Source: the human T2T-CHM13v2.0 reference genome, Homo sapiens. Taken from it: 64,000 bases of DNA. The position numbers and the translations under genes were made by a program. Under the pieces are notes generated by a model. It was not told the origin of the DNA and did no database searches. It saw only the letters and a list, made by a program, of their open reading frames with translations. The stretch lies in NCBI RefSeq assembly GCF_009914755.1, contig NC_060929.1; one strand, written 5' to 3'. This document shows positions 57,183 to 64,000 of the stretch, in pieces. Numbering within the stretch: position 1 is the first letter of the stretch; each line of letters starts with the position of its first letter.

Positions 57183-58402
57183 TTAAGTATATATGCACCC
57201 AAAACCAAAGGACCCAGATACATAAAGCAAATATAATTAAATCTAAAGGGAGAGGCAGACTCCAATATAATAACAGTTTGCGACTTTAATACCTGAATAT
57301 CAGCATTGGAAGATCATGTAAACAGAAAATCAAAAAAGAAACATCAAAGTTAGAGTGCACTTAGACCAAATGGACCTAACTGACACTTATAAAACATCTC
57401 AATCAACAGTTGCAGAATGTACATTCTTCTCATTAGCACATATAACAATCTCCAGGATAGATCATATGTTAAGCCAAAAAACAAGTCTCAACAAATTCAA
57501 AAAAGTAGAAATCATATGAAATATCTTTTCTGACCACAATGGAATAAAACTAGACATCAATAACAAGAGGAACTTTGGAAACTGTACAAATACATGAAAA
57601 TTAAACAATATATTCCTGAATGATGAATAAGTCAAAGAAAAAATTTTAAAAGATTTTTAAATTTTTCCCAAAATAAATGAAAACAGAAACACAACATACA
57701 AAAACTTACAAGATAAAGCAAAAGCAGGACAAAGAAGAAATTTTATAGCAATAAATGCCTGAATTTAAAAAGTGAAAGGTTTTAAATAAGTTATCCCTTT
57801 AGGATTAAAAAAAACCCTCAACAAATAGGGTACAGAAGGAGCATACCTCCAAATAATAAAGGCTATATATGACAAACCCACAGCTAACATTGTACTGAAT
57901 GCTAAAATAAAGTTGAAAGTTTTTCTACTAAACCCTGGAACAAGACAAGGTTGGCCACTTTCACCACCTAAATAACGTTTTTGATGCACCTCAAAAAACT
58001 AGAAAAGTAAGAAAAAACAAACCCAAAATTAGTAGAAGGAAAGAAATAATAAAGATCAGAGCAGAGATAAACAAAACAAAGACTAAAATCATCAACAAAG
58101 CAAAAAGTTGGTTTTTGAAAAGATAAAACTAACAAACGTTTATTCAGAATAACTAAGAGAGAGAAGATTCAGATAAATAAAATCAGAAGCAAAAAAGAAG
58201 ATATTACAACTGATAACATGGAAACACAAAAAAAATCATTACAGACTATTATGAACAACTATACACTAGCAAACTGGAAAACCTGGAGGAAATGGATAAA
58301 TTTCTGGATACATACAACCTACCGAGATTGAACCAGAAAGAAACAGAAAACCTGAGCAGACCAATAACAAGTAGCAAGATTAAAGCAGTAATAAAAGATT
58401 CC

Positions 58403-58545
58403 CTAGCCCCCGTGACTCAGGAGGCTGAAGCAGGGGGATCAGTGGAGCCCAAGGGTTTAAGGTTGCAGTAAACTATGATTGAAACACCGAACTCCAGCCT
58501 GCGTAACAGAACAAGATCCTGTTTCAAATTAATTAATTAATTAAA
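58403..58545 (+). mobile_element. Alu monomer fragment (FLAM/AluJ right arm)
   Basis: actcaggaggctgaagcagggggatc…ctccagcctg…aagatcctgtttc followed by an (aatt)n tail. Confidence 0.75.
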
Positions 58546-59454
58546 TAGTCTTCCAACCAAGAAAAGCCCAGGAACAGATGGCTGTCACAATTGAATTCTA
58601 TCCAACTTGGAAGAGGAACTAACACCAATTCTTCTAAAACCACTCCAAAAAAATTATAGGGAAAGGAATTCTTCCAAACTCATTGTACAAGGCCAGCATT
58701 ACCCTGATAACAAAACCAGACAAGAACAGAACACAAAAGAAAATGAAAAGCCAATATGCCTGATGAATATAGATGCTAAATTCCTCAATAAAATACTAAC
58801 AAACTGAATCCAACAACACATAACAACGTTATACACCACAATCAAGTGGGATTTAGCTCAGAGATGCAAGGATGGCTCAATATATGCAAATCAATAAATG
58901 TGACATATCACAGCAAAAGAATAAATAACAACAATCATATAATAATCTCAATAGATGCCAAAAAGCATTTGACTTAAAAAAAAAAAACTCAACAAATTTG
59001 GTATAGAAGGAGCATACCTCCAAATAATAAAGGCTATATATGACATACCCACAGCTAACATTGTACTGAATGCTAAAAAAACATTGAAAGCTTTTCTACT
59101 AAGCCCTGGAACAAGACAAGGATGGCCACTTTCACCACTCTTACTCAGCATAGCACTGGAAGTCCCAGCCAGTGCAATTAAGCAAGAAAAAATATAAAGG
59201 ACATCCAAATTGAAGAGGAGGAAGTCGAAATATCTGTTTGCAGAAAACATGATCTTATATATAGAAAAAGCTAAAGGCTCCATCAAACAAACTCTTAGAG
59301 CTAATAAATCAGTAAAGTTGCAGAATACAAAACCAACATACAACAACTACCAGCATTTCTATACACCAATAATGAACAAGCTGGAAGAGAAATCAAGAAA
59401 GCAATCCTATTTATAGTAGCTACAAAGAATATAAAATATTTAAAAATAAATATC

Positions 59455-59751
59455 AAATTTTATCTGATAAAATTTATTTTACCAAATTTTATCTGATAAA
59501 ATTTATTTTGCCAAATTTTATCTGATAAAATTTATTTTGCCAAATTTTATCTGATAAAATTTATTTTGCCAAATGTTATCTGATAAAATTGATTTTGCCA
59601 AATGTTATCTGATAAAATTGATTTTGCCAAATGTTATCTGATAAAATTTATTTTGCCAAATTTTATCTGATAAAATTGATTTTGCCAAATTTTATCTGAT
59701 AAAATTGATTTTGCCAAATGTTATCTGATAAAATTTATTTTGCCAAATTTT
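59455..59751. repeat. Minisatellite, 10 x 29 bp plus a partial unit, unit aaattttatctgataaaatttattttgcc
   Basis: Exact 29-bp periodicity 59455-59744; two variable T/G sites and one a/g difference in unit 1. Confidence 0.97.
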
Positions 59752-60930
59752 CTACAAGAGATCTTGTAGAAAGATCTCTACAATGAAAACTATGAAACAC
59801 TGATAAAGGAACTTGAAGAGGACACCAAAAAATGGAAAGACATTCCGTGATCATGAATTGGAAGAATTAATATTGTTAAAATGACACACTACCCAAAACA
59901 TTCTACAGATTCAACTCAATCCCCATAAAAATACCAATGACATTCTTTGCAGAAATAGCAAAAACAATCCTATATTTTGCATACAATCACAAAATACCCC
60001 AAATAGCCAAAGAAACCCTGAACAAAAAAAATGAAAAATGAAAAATAAGGCCAGGGGCATTACACTACCTAATGTCAAAATATACTGCAAAGCTAAAGAA
60101 ACCAAAACAGCATGGTACTGGCATAAAAGCAGACACACAAACCAATGGAACAGAATAGAGAACCCAGATTTAAATCCATGCATTTACAGCCAAAGAACTT
60201 TTTACAAATATGTCAAGAAGACTCACTGGGGAAAGGACAGTCTCTTCAATAAATGGTGCTGGGAAAACTGGATATCCATATGCAGAAGAATAAAACTAGA
60301 TCCCCATTTTCTGTCATATACAAAATTCTAATTAAAATGGATTACAGACTTAAATGTAAGACCTGAAACTATGAAACTACTAGAAGAAAACATTGGGGAA
60401 ATATTCTAGAACATTGGTCTGGGCAAAGAGTTTTTTGGGTAACATCTCAAAAGCACAGGCAACCAAAGCAAAAATGAGCAAATAAGATTATGTCAAGCTA
60501 AAAAACTTCTACTCAGTAAATGAAATAATCCACAAACTGAAGAGACAGCCCACAGAAAGGAAAAAAATAATTGTAAACTATCCATCTGACAATGGATTAA
60601 TAACCAAAATATATAAGGAATTCAAACAACTCAACAGCCAAAAAAAAAAAAAACCCAAATAAATGGATTTTAAATAGGCAAAAGATCTGAATAGGCATTT
60701 CTTCTTTTCAGAAGAACAGGTATATGACCAACAGGTATATGAGAAAATGCTCAACATTACTAATCATCAGAGAAATGTGAATCAAAACCACAATGTGATA
60801 TCACCTGAACCCAGTTAAAATGGCTTTTATAAAAAAGATAGGAAATAATGAATGCTGGTGAGGATTTGAAGATAAAGGAACTCTTGTACACTGTTGGTGA
60901 GACTGTAAATTAGTACAGCCACTATGGAGA

Positions 60931-64000
<3,070 letters not shown>

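Noticed and set aside
59455-59751. CRISPR-like array (29-bp palindromic repeats)
   Set aside because: Units are head-to-tail with no unique spacers, there are no cas genes, and the context is primate DNA; it is a minisatellite.

Overview
Primate genomic DNA (AluJ/AluS, L1PA/L1MA, THE1, MER4-group ERV1), AT-rich and dominated by transposable elements, with no intact protein-coding gene. Almost every ORF in the supplied track is a fragment of L1, Alu or LTR sequence. Between the repeats lie four minus-strand, phase-compatible exons (46832-46681, 9849-9260, 2743-2596, 768-603; about 352 codons) of a disabled, unprocessed 5'-nucleotidase (calcineurin-like metallophosphoesterase plus C-terminal domain). 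From recall this is most likely NT5ELP, the dead orthologue of mouse Nt5el/4933425L06Rik. It carries stops, frameshifts, a lost splice acceptor, substituted metal-binding residues and an L1PA7-like element inserted at one 3' splice site. Its 36.8-kb intron holds a four-deep L1 nest and at least two LTR-terminated RNAs that appear to have been retroposed by L1 machinery: a HUERS-P1/LTR8 R-U5-internal-U3-R-polyA copy, and a unique sequence + MER4A + polyA insert with a 13-bp TSD. Other oddities are template-switch duplications inside L1s, an apparently chimeric L1PA3/L1PA7-like element and a palindromic 29-bp GATA minisatellite. Repeat subfamily names come from remembered consensus diagnostics and need RepeatMasker/Dfam confirmation. 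I see no evidence for a new functional system beyond these.
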